32,343 nt of DNA, taken from positions 1 through 32,343 of the forward strand of contig NIVC01000898.1 in the NCBI GenBank assembly GCA_002269645.1, written 5' to 3'. The position numbers and the translations under genes were made by a program. Below, piece by piece: positions 13,001 through 32,049 of the stretch. Each line of letters begins with the position of its first letter. Position 1 is the first letter of the stretch. The notes beneath the pieces are model-generated. The model did not search any database, was not told where the DNA came from, and saw nothing but the letters and a program-made list of their open reading frames with translations. The DNA is from Macrostomum lignano. Taxonomy: Eukaryota.

Positions 13001-13339
13001 AATCAGGCTGACTGAAAATGCATACAAAACACATAAGGGATTCTTGGAATTTTTTTTTCTTTAGATTACGGATACGAGGTAGAAACTCCTGTATATGTAC
13101 CTGGTTGCATTAATTCCGACATCTCTGCTGCGGCGTACAGATTGCAATCGTTGAATACATCTAGAGTACATCTAGTAGAAAAAAATTATTCAAACTATAC
13201 GCTACTACAAGTAGATTACCGGCGCATATTATTTCAATTGCAATTTCAGCTGCTGTGCGAAATCTGCAGCGAACTGCACGAACTGCGCAACGGCTGCCTG
13301 AGCAATCGAGCCCAGTGGGAGTCGCTGACCGGGCAGTGA
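4028..13339 (+). CDS. GAF-GAF cyclic nucleotide phosphodiesterase, PDE5/6/11 clade (PDE5-like), about 918 aa. Exons 4028-4960, 6893-7048, 7122-7211, 7704-7847, 8041-8156, 8251-8299, 8393-8434, 8807-9150, 9608-9800, 11336-11640, 11751-11961, 12430-12513, 13250-13339
   Basis: The 13 GT-AG-bounded exons sum to 2757 nt with no frameshift. Motifs: WLESHPEFFEDYFYRKATRRLVDTW (PDE5-like N-terminus), GAF-A LDVATLCHKIL...ADRCSLFLV and NK...F...DE, GAF-B LCLPIKN...NK...EAFALFCGLGI, catalytic YHNWRHA, CHDLDHRG, DLSAITKPW, EFYEQGD and MQVDFID (invariant Gln). The exact orthologue (PDE5 or PDE11) cannot be resolved by eye. Confidence 0.95.
5600..5635. repeat. 16 bp tandem duplication (tttctgattaatttaa x2)
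   Basis: Exact direct repeat starting at 5600 and 5616. Confidence 0.85.
6458..6508. repeat. Short 12-13 bp tandem repeat, 4 units in A-B-B-A order
   Basis: ccgtaagagaggg / tcttaagagggg / tcttaagagaggg / ccgtaagagaggg. Confidence 0.75.
10110..10265 (+). mobile_element. Old, degenerate SINE fragment (PDE intron)
   Basis: tatccg...tgctcagg...tcagcggaatg...aattgcct...ctggttgtg...gcgccagggtgc..cac matches the 3' half of copies 1-3 in colinear order. Confidence 0.55.
11036..11180. repeat. Degenerate 18 bp tandem repeat (aaac(a/g)agcttccctactt-like), ~8 copies
   Basis: Units start at 11057, 11075, 11093 and onward; lies in a PDE intron. Confidence 0.75.
12652..12742. repeat. Low-complexity polypyrimidine (CT-rich) tract
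   Basis: About 90 nt almost entirely C/T; lies in a PDE intron. Confidence 0.85.
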
Positions 13340-13427
13340 TTCGACATAGAAAAACTTTTTTGTGCTGAATATAGCTAACAGTCTCAGGAGCTGTGACACC
13401 CGAATGGAACCGTTAAACCCCTACTTT

Positions 13428-13433
13428 AATAAA
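13428..13433 (+). terminator. Candidate polyadenylation signal for the PDE gene
   Basis: First AATAAA seen after the stop at 13339 (~90 nt downstream). Confidence 0.4.
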
Positions 13434-14626
13434 ATAGCGCTAAACTAATAATATAAAGCGATAAAAATTGTTAAAATGCACTCGTGAGATCGGGAAAAAA
13501 AATTAATACACATCTGGTACCCTTGTTCCAGAAATTTGTGTCGTATTTTCTTGACCACAGTTCAAGTCGCCTTCTTTTTTCATTTTGTTATAAATTCGCT
13601 TTGATTCTTTTGAGTTTGTTCACATAATTTTGGCTTTTGACAAAATAATTACTCCTTATAATTAAATAAAAATGTTAGCTAATAAATTTTTTCAGATAAT
13701 TTGTTATAAATGTTTTATTTACCTACCATATCTTTACAAACATTATCTGAACTCCCCAAATTCAAAACTAATGTGCAATAAACTATTTTCTCGTATATAA
13801 ACTCTCAGACTTTCGTCACTATAACTAGCTCGTATCACGAAAATTATTGAAGTTCTATTTTTCAAATGCTTGCCTGCATAACTTAATGAAAGAATTTATA
13901 AGTTTTCGATTATTTGCTTACTACCTTTCCAGCTTTTGACTTCAAAATTACTATATTAATTAAAAGTACGATCGTAATTATGGAGGAGAAAATAACCGAA
14001 GGTAGAGAAGGTAAATTTAATGTAGTGTTAGTACGAGCAGTAAAAGTACATTAATCCATCTACCTAAATAAATTTCTATGCACACATAATGTACTCATAT
14101 CATAATGAAATAAGGATGTTTATGGATATTTCAATACTTACACATTATCGATGGTTAATCCTCAACAACTGGGTCAGTTTCAAAATAACAAAACTATTTT
14201 AATGCTGAGGCAATTCCTGATAAGATCATTTAGACATCCCAAGAGTCTCGCAAAATTTCAGTCTTTATTCTTAGCTACTCACAGCGAAACTGATTTTTTA
14301 TGCGTGAATCGACGGCGTCTTCCGAGTTGGTGTATTTTTTAATAGCGGCATTTGTGGACGCCTCGAGCATTCACAGCAAAACGAAAATGCCTAGCAAAAG
14401 TTAAGAGCATTAAAACAAAAAGTTTGAAGCGTCATCCGCGCGTGCTTTGTTCGTCGGAAATGGTAGTCGGTATAAGGAACGCATGGACCCTGTGTAAAAC
14501 TCTGCGCTTATTGATACGATTCCCTAGACCTGAGAAACCGGGGTTGCTTGCACAAATCAGGCGCTGCTAACTCAGAAGTGCTGGGGACCTAGCGTGCTGC
14601 TTTGTGTCATCTATTGGGACGGCAGT

Positions 14627-14632
14627 TTTATT
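14627..14632 (-). terminator. Candidate polyadenylation signal for the uncharacterised gene
   Basis: AATAAA on the minus strand, 34 nt after the TGA at 14666. Confidence 0.4.
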
Positions 14633-14665
14633 TTAGTTTTATCCGGGATGACTGCGACAGCTCCA

Positions 14666-17600
14666 TCAGGTTGACCTTGGCTGCGCGTCCTCCTTCTTGA
14701 ACATGTCCATGAGCTCGTCAACCATGGAGGCCACCTTCTGCGGATTGGCCTCGCTGATGGGGATTCCCTTAACCAGCTGGCGTTTCACCCGCGGCTGTAC
14801 GCGGCTCTTCGGCTCAGTGACAACGATGTCCTCGTAGGGGTCGAATTGCGGGTTGAAGAAGCCTTTCACGTTCGAGTACCTGGCGGTGGAGATTTAGTCA
14901 TCGCATCAGTTCAAAAGCAGTCACTCGGTCAAACATTCAAATACGCGCATAGCGGAGAGACTATTCGTTTTAAGTGCTCAGGGTGATCCATCTAACAGAA
15001 AAACTCACTTGTCCTTAAGCGTGCGGTGCACATTCAGTCGAGTTTTGACCTCCTCGAAGATATTGTCAGTTCGGCCGACCAGAGACCGCCAGCCGGGCAC
15101 AATCTTATCCACGTTCTTGGCGCTGATTCGGTCCTTGCCTAGCAGATCCTCCGGATCGTTGCCAGCAGATATGGCGTCCTGCGTGAGCTTGTCTTTAAAC
15201 TCGCTGAACGAGACTACGGCAATGTTGGACTTGTGATCGGGCGTCGACTGCTGGGACATGTCCAATTTGGCTTTGGCACGCTTACCGGACTGCCCAGACC
15301 CGGTGCCGCCGCCGCTGCCGCCGCCGGTTGCGGACTTCTCCGACAGGGTCTGGCTGGCCATACCCACATCGCTGCCGGCCTGGCCAAGCATCTGGAAACG
15401 CTGGTTGAGCTCGTCGCGTCTGTCCTTCACAAAGTCGAACTTGATCGGGCCTGTTTGCCGGTTGATCGGTGTAATTGATTTTAGTACGCCGCTTATTAAC
15501 AGACTATATTTTTGACGAAAAAAGATAAAATCTATAAAAATTCTAATTAGGCTGCAAAAACAAAGCAATCTCCCCTAAAAAATAGCCAACAGAAGAACTT
15601 ATAAGAAGTTTCACCAGGCCGAAGCACCAGAAGTTGCAAGCATATTTTCAATTCAGTGGCGGCCTCAACCGATACCGCACTATTAGTTAGTCTGTGGCTT
15701 TTTCTATAATCAGGGACTTTTAGACACAGAAAATGGACTGGAAGCTTTTTTGCTCATGTGAGCAACATATCCGAATTTCATATAAAGTTTATTTATATAA
15801 CAAAGGCCGCTAATTCTACGTTGTGCTGCTACCTGCGCATGAAGTCTGATGCATGAAGTTGTTAACTTTGTTAAGATAATATTGGTAATTATTGTTATTT
15901 TTAAGCTCAGCTAAGATAATGTTTAAGCTATTCTTAGAATTGTTCCGTAAAGTGCGACAAATTAATAATAAATAATTGATTTCACCTGCCCCAATGAGCT
16001 GATGTGCAACCGACAGCTCAGCTGCAGCTATTACGCGGCGTCTCTCAAGGCTGGGTACGGCTGTTCAGTCCAAGGACTGGGAGATCGCCACACACACACA
16101 CACACACACACACACAACAAAACAGATTTGATTCTAATCAAGTTTGGACACCATTCCCTAAATCTCATTTCTGTGAGTTACCAGAGTGGGTAGAATAAAA
16201 AAACTAAATCTGCAAAGTTGCATTAGGATGAAATCGGTTTGAATCAGAACATCCTGAGAAATTTCAGCTGGAGGTTATTATTTTAGGTTGCACATCGAAA
16301 TGGCTGTAGAGTACGCAAACACTATTCAGCATGGAAAATGGTAAAACCAACGATGCGCCCTCACCGATGTAGACCTTGTTCACGTTGACTCGCTCGGCAA
16401 GCTCTCTGCCGGGCACCAGAGAGCGCGGATATGGCGATATCGGATTCCGTTTCAGGTGCTCCTTCTCGAAGCAGTACTCCATGTAGATGTTGTCCTCGTT
16501 GATGAATCGGATGTTGCGTATGAGAATCTCAGCTCGCACCTTCTTCTTGGTCTTCTTACCCTTGGAGCTGGCGTCCTCCTTGCCTGGTTGAAACAGAAAG
16601 CGAAAGAGCAGTTGGATTTGTACTTTAGAAGCAGAATTTTGAGCAGGAAGTGAATTAACAAAAATGACGCAGCAGGCCTCAGCTTACGAGTCAAAGCGCG
16701 ATTCTCCGTAATGGAGGTTGTTGGAAGCAACACCTGGGGGTAAGGCACGCCGAGCTGCTTATTACCAAAGATCCACTCTCGTCTCCGGTTCATAATGAGC
16801 TTCATCTTCTTCAGCTTGAATTTGGCTTTCATTTCTCGGTCGGCCAGGATGAAGTGAGACGAATCCAGGATCTCCTCCTCCTCGGAGGCGTCCTCCTAAG
16901 TAAGGATTTTTTAGATAACCACTTATATCAACACGAATTTAAAACGGACTTTAGAACTGATTAACTCTCGACCCTAATTACGAATACTAAAGCGATGCTC
17001 TGTTACATTGACTTTACCTGTCCTTCATAGCTTGCCTTCAACCTGCAATGTTTATTTACGTTCAATGCAGGTCGGTCGGAGGATAGATTACATGTATCTC
17101 CGAGTCTCGCACAAAAAGTTCATAGGCTGGATTCCCCGTCTGGAGGATCTGTTTTATTAGAGGCAGGGGCTGTGAGCACCCTGGCACAAATTATTAGACA
17201 TTTGTCCCACAACCGGAGAGAGGCATTACTGCCTATTCCACCGACACCCCTGAGCAGGCACACAAGCGCGCGGATACGTACACAGTCATACGCACAGGCG
17301 CACATACACAGGAGTGTTCAGCGGCCCTAAAAATGTTTATCTTAAGGCATGTACACTTCACTGAGACTTCGAAGTTGGCGCTCAAGGCCGTTAATTGCAC
17401 GAGCAGAGCCAAGCCGAGATTCCAATTAAGCAAAAGTTAAGGTGACTGCACTTGGAATCGAGCCTGAGCCGCGCTGGCACATCAGAGCCGCCGCGCAAGA
17501 CCACTGGGCTACGCCCCTGCGTCTGAAGGATTCTGTGATTCACAACTATGAGAGCCAACCCTCAGGCACAGGCTGTGTGCAGGCCTGACGATCAGAAAGC

Positions 17601-20600
17601 TACTGATTGGAGGTCAAGCTTGTGTTCGCAACATTCCATAAATTCGGTCTTCCAGCACTTAGCCTTTTCTTTCAGCATAAAAACCTATGAAAGCGGCTAA
17701 AAAAACCAATCACCTGCTGCTCTTCCGAATCGTCTTCGCCACCTTCGGCACCTTTGTCGTAGTACAGCGGATGGCTGGGATAGTCCGGGCCGCACACGTT
17801 GCTTGGCGGGTAGCCCATGTTGCTGCGCATTTTAAACGACAGCGGCGGCTCGCGCAGGCCGAACTGGCTGCGGAACTGAAATCGATCGTGCGGCCCGAGT
17901 GGGTGATAGGCGTACACGTAGCTTTGCACATTCTGCACTGGGCCATTGTTTGGCAGCAGGTTGCCAGCCGCGAACATCTTGTTGTTGGCTTTCCAGGCTG
18001 TGCTCAGAGCCGTACGAGACTCGGTAGCGCCGTAGGGCGTCTCGCAGGGCAAATCGCCGAAGCTGGTGGCGCACTTACCGGTGCGCTGGTAAGGAAAGTA
18101 CAAATCAACGTTGTCCACCACGCTCTCGTTTGTGTAGATGCCGAATTTGTAGCTGTTTGGAATGGGTACAAGTAGATTAGACTCTGTTATTACGCGTAGG
18201 GTAAAGAACTACTACTTTACTTTCTCCGACCAGTACATAAAAATAAGAACGAAAGAGAGCCCGAAATTCATAGCCCTGTTATTTTCTACCTCAACAATTT
18301 TCCGCTTCGTTAGTAGAAGCCAAAAATTGCCAATATAGTCCCAGTTTTCCCATATTTTTGCTTGGGTCCATCTCGATCCTGTCTGTGCCAAAAAACCCTT
18401 AGTAAGTTAATGAGAGGAGAGGAGAGAAAGAAGAAAGAGTAGAAATGAGAGATGAGAGAGTAGAGAGGAAAGATAGAGAATAGAGCAGAGAAAAGAAAGG
18501 AGAGAGAAGAGAGTAGAATGGAGAGAGGAGATTAGAGGAGAGAGAGATGAGATCAGAGTGAAGAGAGAAAGGAGAGGAGAGGAGAGAATTTTCAAAGGAC
18601 TCAAATCTTAATTTAACACGAATTTACTCCAGGTTTGCTTACTTCTACCCGAAGTAATAATAACTAATAACTTTTTGTTTGAGTATGACTTCGGATTTAA
18701 GAATGTATGCATAATAGTTCTGGGATTGGAATTTATCGGGTTCAAAATCCGCGGGTTTCAACAGCTTGTCTAAATATAAATATATGCATAATTAATGTCG
18801 TTTGCCAGGGCAATAGCTATCATTTCAATGTTGTTATTGTCTACGAGTGAGTAGACGTGGCAATTGTTTCTACAAATTTTGCGATGACTTAAAGGCAGTA
18901 TTCATAACGATTTCTTAAAGTTATGTCGGGATAGATGTATGACGTAAAGATGAGATTCAAGACTGAAACCGAGCGTTCGTCTCTTCGACGTTTTGACAGT
19001 GTCAATAGCTGCTACATTAAAAGGACATTAACATAGCTCAAATCTGTCTATTGAACTTTTATTATCTGTGGACCAACCGTTGGCAGTAGCAGCATGGTGC
19101 CGGTGGAGAGAATTGATTCTCTAAAAAGGCAAGAGCAAGAAGAGAGACAATAAAGTACAGCAGCAAGGCCGAGAAACCTCTTTATAAGTGGCTCTTTGTG
19201 TTCGTCATTTGAGACTAGACGGTAGCTATCAGCCGCCTTAATTAATGACATCTTCAGTCAATAAAGATAACGCGGATCGCAGATAGCATTTACCGCAATT
19301 TCTTCGCATCTGTTTCCAGCGTTAGGGATAATTGCTTAGCGTGCATGACTCCGTCGCTCGGAAACAGTGCATGCACGAGCGTAGAAAGCATTGTACAGAA
19401 AAGTTAGCTTCTTAAGATTAAGATGCTTAAAGCAAACAAGCATCAGCCCTAAAACCGAGTTAACTGACCACAGACATCAGCATCCCCTGTGAGCTTTGAC
19501 ATCAAAACCTCCCATTGACTCTCGACATCTCAGAATCTCCCCTAAAGCCATGGCCTAACCCTAACTCTCCCGACTGATGCTTGGCCAGCAACTCCCACTT
19601 GAAGCTTGGTATATCAGCATTAGGGATAATTATAACGCGCATCCTGCTTATTCTGTTATAGCACATTCCTCAGTATGCTACATGCTAGTTAAAGGATACA
19701 TCAACCAAAATGCCTACAGTTCTATATTTGACCTAAACTGTTATTGCCTACTTCGAATGTTTATTCCCATCGACGCATCCTCACCGCTGCTTGTTGTAGA
19801 CAACTCGCTGCTTGTACTCGGGAAACCAGCGTTCCAGCATGGTGTTGCAAACCTTCACCATAGTGTAGTCAGGGCCTTGAATCTGCACAATCAAATATTT
19901 GATCCATTTAAATTTGCCAACCTGCCGATTCAAGATTCGATTAGTGATTAGGATGAAACACTTGGTGCGTCGAGAGCACTTCTTGATCATGGCGGCAAAC
20001 TGCGGCTTCAGCAAGTTCAAGCTTTCGTCTGCGGGTTGGTGAGGTGCGAATAGCTTGTGTGCAGTGAGGTTTGTTCAGTGAGGTGTGTTCAGTGAGGTGT
20101 GTTCAGTGAGGTGTGTTCAGTGAGGTGTGTTCAGTGAGGTGTGTTCAGTGAGGTGTGTTCAGTGAGGTGTGTTCAGTGAGGTGTGTTCAGTGAGGTGTGT
20201 TCAGTGAGGTGTGTTCAGTGAGGTGTGTTCAGTGAGGTGTGTTCAGTGAGGTGTGTTCAGTGAGGTGTGTTCAGTGAGGTGTGTTCAGTGAGGTGTGTTC
20301 AGTGAGGTGTGTTCAGTGAGGTGTGTTCAGTGAGGTGCGTTCAGTGAGGTGTGTTCAGTGAGGTGTGTTGAGTGAGGTGTGTTCAGTGAGGTGTGTTCAG
20401 TGAGGTGGGTTCAGTGAGGTGTGTTCAGTGAGATGTGTGCAGTGAGGTGTGTTCAGTGAGGTGTGTTCAGTGAGGTGTGTGCAGTGAGGTGTGTTCAGTG
20501 AGGTGTGTGCAGTGAGGTGTGTTCAGTGAGGTTTGTGCAGTGAGGTGTGTTCAGTGAGGTGTGTTCAGTGAGGTGTGTTCAGTGAGGTTTGTGCAGTGAG

Positions 20601-21408
20601 GTGTGTTCAGTGAGGTTTGTGCAGTGAATCAGTCTCACCCTTCATAAACAGCAGGTACTCCACTACAACGCCTTTATTCTCGTGGTGCCACTTGGCCGTG
20701 TTGCTGCCCAGTTTCACCGCCGCATCGAATTGTCGCTTAAGCTCCGGCGTGAGGCCTGGCGGCTCCTGCCTGGACTGGAATGTCTCCCTTGGATCGGCCA
20801 TGGTGATGGTCTCCCAGTAGGGCGCAACCTGATTCTCGCCTATGAATTGGAGGGAGCAAACGGGGAGCAATTAGCTTGAGAAATATAGTCAGCTGATTGC
20901 CGAACAGGGGCTGGCTGCAAACAGCAAAGTAGTTAATTATAAGCCCACTTAGCAAAAAGTGAACAATTATAAAGCATGGCCTTCGACTGTTAAAGTTACA
21001 ATCGCATTCATAAGATCTTAATAATAATTATTATTCTGGTAACAATGATAAGGAGAGAAGTAAAGTGAAAAGGCAGTTAGTGAGGAGACAATCGGTTATA
21101 CAAGTGTGACCGACATCGGGCTCGCACAGGCGCACAGCCCTCTTGCATAACACATTTAACATTGAGCAGCACTCACTGGCCGTGAACATTCGCAGGTTGC
21201 TGGGATCTTGCAGCTTCTTTTTGATGAAAGCCTGCCGTTTGGCCGCCTTGGCATCCGCCTCAATATCCGCCTGCGTCTTCTTCTGCCCCGCGCCCTGGGC
21301 ATTGTTATTGCCCTGCGAGTTTAGCTGCCTCGCAAACGCTTCCATAGTGACGGATTCCGCGGCCACGGTTTCCATAGTAACGGTCTCCATAGCGGCAACT
21401 GGCTCCAT
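14666..21408 (-). CDS. Uncharacterised multi-exon protein, 776 aa (806 aa with two optional small exons). Exons 21408-21111, 20839-20639, 20028-19785, [19309-19294, 19251-19178], 18152-17714, 16895-16688, 16583-16352, 15503-15009, 14879-14666
   Basis: GC-rich coding-like blocks on the minus strand join through GT-AG sites with matching phases (1,1,2,0,1,2,2; total 2331 nt, or 2421 nt with the optional exons). TGA at 14666 and AATAAA at 14632-14627. The donors at 21110 (gtcaca) and 16351 (gttggt) are weak, so those junctions are uncertain. No family recognised. Confidence 0.7.
16088..16115. repeat. (CA)n microsatellite
   Basis: Perfect CA run. Confidence 0.9.
17152..17518 (-). mobile_element. 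tRNA-derived SINE, near full-length copy 1 (intron of the uncharacterised gene)
   Basis: The minus strand begins GGGGCGTAGCCCAGTGG (Pol III A-box, 17511-17501), has B-box-like GGCTCGATTCC (17464-17454) and ends CTCTAATAAAA. It is flanked by a ~16 bp direct repeat: cgtctggaggatctgt (17137-17152) and cgtctgaaggattctgt (17520-17536). Highly similar to copies at ~25440 and ~28325. Confidence 0.85.
18410..18588. repeat. Low-complexity polypurine (AG-rich) tract
   Basis: About 180 nt almost entirely A/G; intronic. Confidence 0.9.
20056..20627. repeat. Minisatellite, 14 bp unit (cagtgaggtgtgtt), ~40 copies
   Basis: Period 14 read directly (cagtgag at 20104, 20118, 20132, 20146). Variant units (tgtgc, tttgt) are concentrated towards the right end. 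Confidence 0.97.
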
Positions 21409-21788
21409 GTCGACTAAATTCAGAATTGAAAGCAATCCCAGCAAAAAATGACGCCTTCGCTTTCAAGAAGAAAGAAAGCTGACTAGAAAACAAGCGACTT
21501 AGGCAGACAAGTTGAGTTTTGCGCATACCGCACCCATCTTCCTACTTTGCTAGCCAACTGATTTTGCCGCCTGACCCATAGAGTGAAGACGATGATTGCG
21601 ACCATAGACTATTGATTGATGCAGAGTCTTGATCCGCTAGCCCGTAGCTTGGTTAGTAGTCTCTTCTATATTAATAAACAATACATAATACGCTCGTAAT
21701 GGCTATATTTAATGTCACTAATTATACATGTGTGGAGAGGGTGGTATTCCAAAAGAAATTAACAGCTTTACAGCGATTCCAGAGGGGC

Positions 21789-22260
21789 CAGCTGTGAGCT
21801 GGAGTCATTAGTGAGTGGCAGGTGTGAGCTGGAGTGATTAGTGAGTGGCAGGTGTGAGCTGGAGTCATTAGTGAGTAGCAGGTGTGAGCTGGAGTGATTA
21901 GTGAGTAGCAGGTGTGAGCTGGAGTGATTAGTGAGTGGCAGGTGTGAGCTGGAGTGATTAGTGAGTGGCAGGTGTGAGCTGGAGTGATTAGTGAATGGCA
22001 GGTTTCAGCTGGAGTGATTAGTGAGTAGCAGGTGTGAGCTGGAGTGATTAGTGAGTGGCAGGTGTGAGCTGGAGTGATTACTGAGTGGCAGGTGTGAGCT
22101 GGAGTGAATAGTGAATGGCAGGTGTGAGCTGGAGTGAATAGTGAATGGCAGGTGTGAGCTGGAGTGATTAGTGAATGGCAGGTGTGAGCTGGAGTGATTA
22201 GTGAATGGCAGGTGTCAGCTGGAGTGATTAGTGAGTGGCAGGTGTGAGCTGGAGTGACTG
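21789..22260. repeat. Minisatellite, 30 bp unit (gctggagtgattagtgagtggcaggtgtga), ~15-16 copies, intergenic
   Basis: Two units per 60-nt line in constant register; few substitutions. Confidence 0.97.
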
Positions 22261-23539
22261 GCTGAAACTTAGGGTAAAAAAAAGAAGAAAAATCAAGCTA
22301 CTGCAATCCTTAGCAGTTAAAGTTCAGTGGCAACACAGCAATAAGGAAATATAATAGACAGAAAAAAGCTCAATTATTTCAAAATCTAAAGAATAATCCA
22401 TATAATTTTTAATTAATCTGACAGAAAACAAGACAAGAAGTTGTAAGCGGCAAAGTCGAAGGACCTTACAAAGCGAAGAGAAAGTGCGCTGTGACTGAGT
22501 GTAGAGAATAGCAAAAGCAGAAACATAATTGACCAATAAGAGTAGAAAGTTGAATAATTCCAGCAAAGTCAAAATGTCACGCCTTGTAGACAGACGAGTT
22601 AAGAGGCAACTGCGCTTAGCACTCGAGAACTGCTGACTGGATTATAAAGCATTCTGAGTAGGTAAAAGCAATTATTAAAGTTGAATAATTGAGACTTTGC
22701 TATTAATAAACAGAGGAATTAATAAATACGGGGATACAACTGCTGTTTATTGCAAATATTATTATTAATAAAGGCATTTTATTGCGAGAAAATCGACTAG
22801 GGGTAAAATACACAAATCAGATAAGTATGAGTACATTGGCTATAAATTAGCAATCCATTCCATTCCTTCATTTATGAGCTATAGAATAGCAATCCATTTG
22901 ATTTCTGCCACCATTGATTATATAGAATTATTCGCAATAACTTTAGTACGTTAATATTTTAATAATAAGATTCGTGTCATCATTGAATGAACAGGGACAA
23001 AAAACTGAGGCAGAAAGTCAAATTAATACACAAAGAGTAGTTTTTCATGATAACTGAGTTCTGTGTACAAGACTAGTGCATAAATACTGCTCATACTTAA
23101 CTCATCTATAAACCTGTAAGCCATCTAAGCCATCTAGTAATCAAACCACGAATTCCGTATACTAATATAAAATTAATTTGGAGTACAAAATCTCAAATAA
23201 GAACACGACAGCAAATGGTACAACACTGGAGCTGTATAGGAAAAGCTTTAATGTATGAAACGGGGGTCGTTAAACGGGCATAAATGGATAGACAGAAAAC
23301 GCGCAAAGAAAAACTATTTATAAATAAAAATCACATGGCACAAAGAGCGCCAATATATATTTGATTTTAGGCTCTCTACAACATAATTTTGGTGTAAACT
23401 GATTAAATATATAACAAGTTTTACACCGCTATATATAGTAACCCTATGTTCTAACTGCACAGAGGGAAAACGTTTTAATTAACTTTAATTCGCAGTTAAT
23501 TGAGATACCTAATTTTGTCCTCGATTATAGAGGGACAGA

Positions 23540-23800
23540 CGTGCGACGGGCGTAAAGTGAGGTGCGGAGGGGCAGGGAGTGAGGTTGCACACGACGGGCG
23601 GCGGGCGTAAAGTGGGGTGCGGAGAGACAGGGAGTGAGGTTGCACGCGACGGGCGGCGGGCGTAAAGTGGGGTGCGGAGAGGCAGGGAGTGGGGTCGCAT
23701 GCGACGGGCGTGCCTAAAGTGGGGTGCGAAGGGCAAGGAGCGGATGGGTGGGTGCGCGACGGGTGGCAAGCGTAAAGTGAGGTGCGGAGGGGGCAGGCAG
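23540..23800. repeat. GC-rich minisatellite, ~55 bp unit, ~5 copies, just downstream of PKC
   Basis: cgtaaagtg(a/g)ggtgcgg anchors at 23551, 23606 and 23661, with degenerate ones at 23713 and 23771. Confidence 0.88.
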
Positions 23801-23911
23801 TCAGTGGATGTAACCCATAGATTGGAGCTGGTGTCGAGCTCTGCGTATGGTTCAGTATACGAACTGTTATAACCCAAAGGCGGTCAGATAGAAAAATGTT
23901 AAAATTTTTCT

Positions 23912-23917
23912 TTTATT
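23912..23917 (-). terminator. Candidate polyadenylation signal for PKC
   Basis: AATAAA on the minus strand, ~93 nt after the TAA at 24010. Confidence 0.4.
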
Positions 23918-24009
23918 CAAAAATGTTGAAAAATGTTTTGAGTTTGTTTTGACTACTGCTTTGGCCCAATAGCCGGTGCTTCTATACAGTTCTCAGCAAC
24001 TGTTAATAA

Positions 24010-31040
<7,031 letters not shown>

Positions 31041-32013
31041 CTGAAGGAGCCGAGGAGCCGGGGAGTTGCAATGTAACAAAGTCGCAGCATAAACTTGTTA
31101 AGCTCGACGTGAGAAAACCAAGAGGCAAGAGAACAAGATTGGCTTCATTAAAAACTTATGTTGGTCTGACGATTAAAGTTTTCAAATTGGTTTACGCTCC
31201 TAGCAGCCAAAATTTTTAAAGCAAAATAAAACCACCTTCCATTCGTCAATTAGTCACTGAGGAGACAGCAGAGAGTGCTAAAAAACCAAACCCAAGGATG
31301 TTAATCTTTTTTCTTAGATTTTTTCGAATTCAATGCCCATCTGTCTGTCAGCTGCCATTTCCCAAACCGTCAGCTTCTACCACTGCTCCATGCTGCCTGC
31401 AGCTGCGATTTCTCAAATTTCACCATCTTTCATCATCAGCATTCACAAGAGAAGTGAGAAGTAGGTGCGAATAAGAATCACTAGGAGCATAGGCAGAAAT
31501 GTTGGCCGGCATAATTCTCAACCAGACCACCTCAGAAAATGACGGGACTCGAGCGGAGGACTCAGTCGGAGCTCGGTACCACGGGGGATTCGTGGGAGAG
31601 AACGGAAAATTGAGGAGGAGGGCAAGACCTCATCAGTTATGCAAAAGAAGAGACGGGGCAACATGCCATCAGTTCCCCGCGGTGGGAGCGAGGAGTGGGT
31701 GATGTTGGAGGGGGAGAGACAAGAATGGAGGCTGGGGCTGTTTCCGATGTAGCTTTAGCTATCGAGCAGCGAGCATTCTCACTCAATTCCCTGCACCAGT
31801 CTAGCTCAGCAGGTTCCGGCAACAACAACGGTTATGCAGACTGCTGGAACCAACTGGGAGTGAGGAAAAATGGAGAAGGAACACTGAGAGAGGGTTCGAG
31901 GCTCGGCGGGAGAGACACGAAGCAGAGAGAGGGATGCAGGGGATGGAGCTGATTTGCAGTGGGAAGACCGTCAGCGAGGCTGCGAAACCGATAGAAATGG
32001 AATGAGAGCGATG

Positions 32014-32016
<3 letters not shown>

Positions 32017-32049
<33 letters not shown>
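32017..32049. repeat. (GA)n microsatellite
   Basis: Near-perfect GA run. Confidence 0.9.

Noticed and set aside
17454-17518. tRNA gene (also 28595-28657)
   Set aside because: A- and B-box-like motifs are present, but I could not fold a cloverleaf, and the heads continue into a shared SINE body with a tail and TSDs.
17687-18175. 162-aa hydrophobic plus-strand ORF (and other antisense ORFs such as 21143-21451, 8705-9079, 4470-4790)
   Set aside because: These are shadows of GC-rich coding exons on the opposite strand, with no independent splice or motif support.
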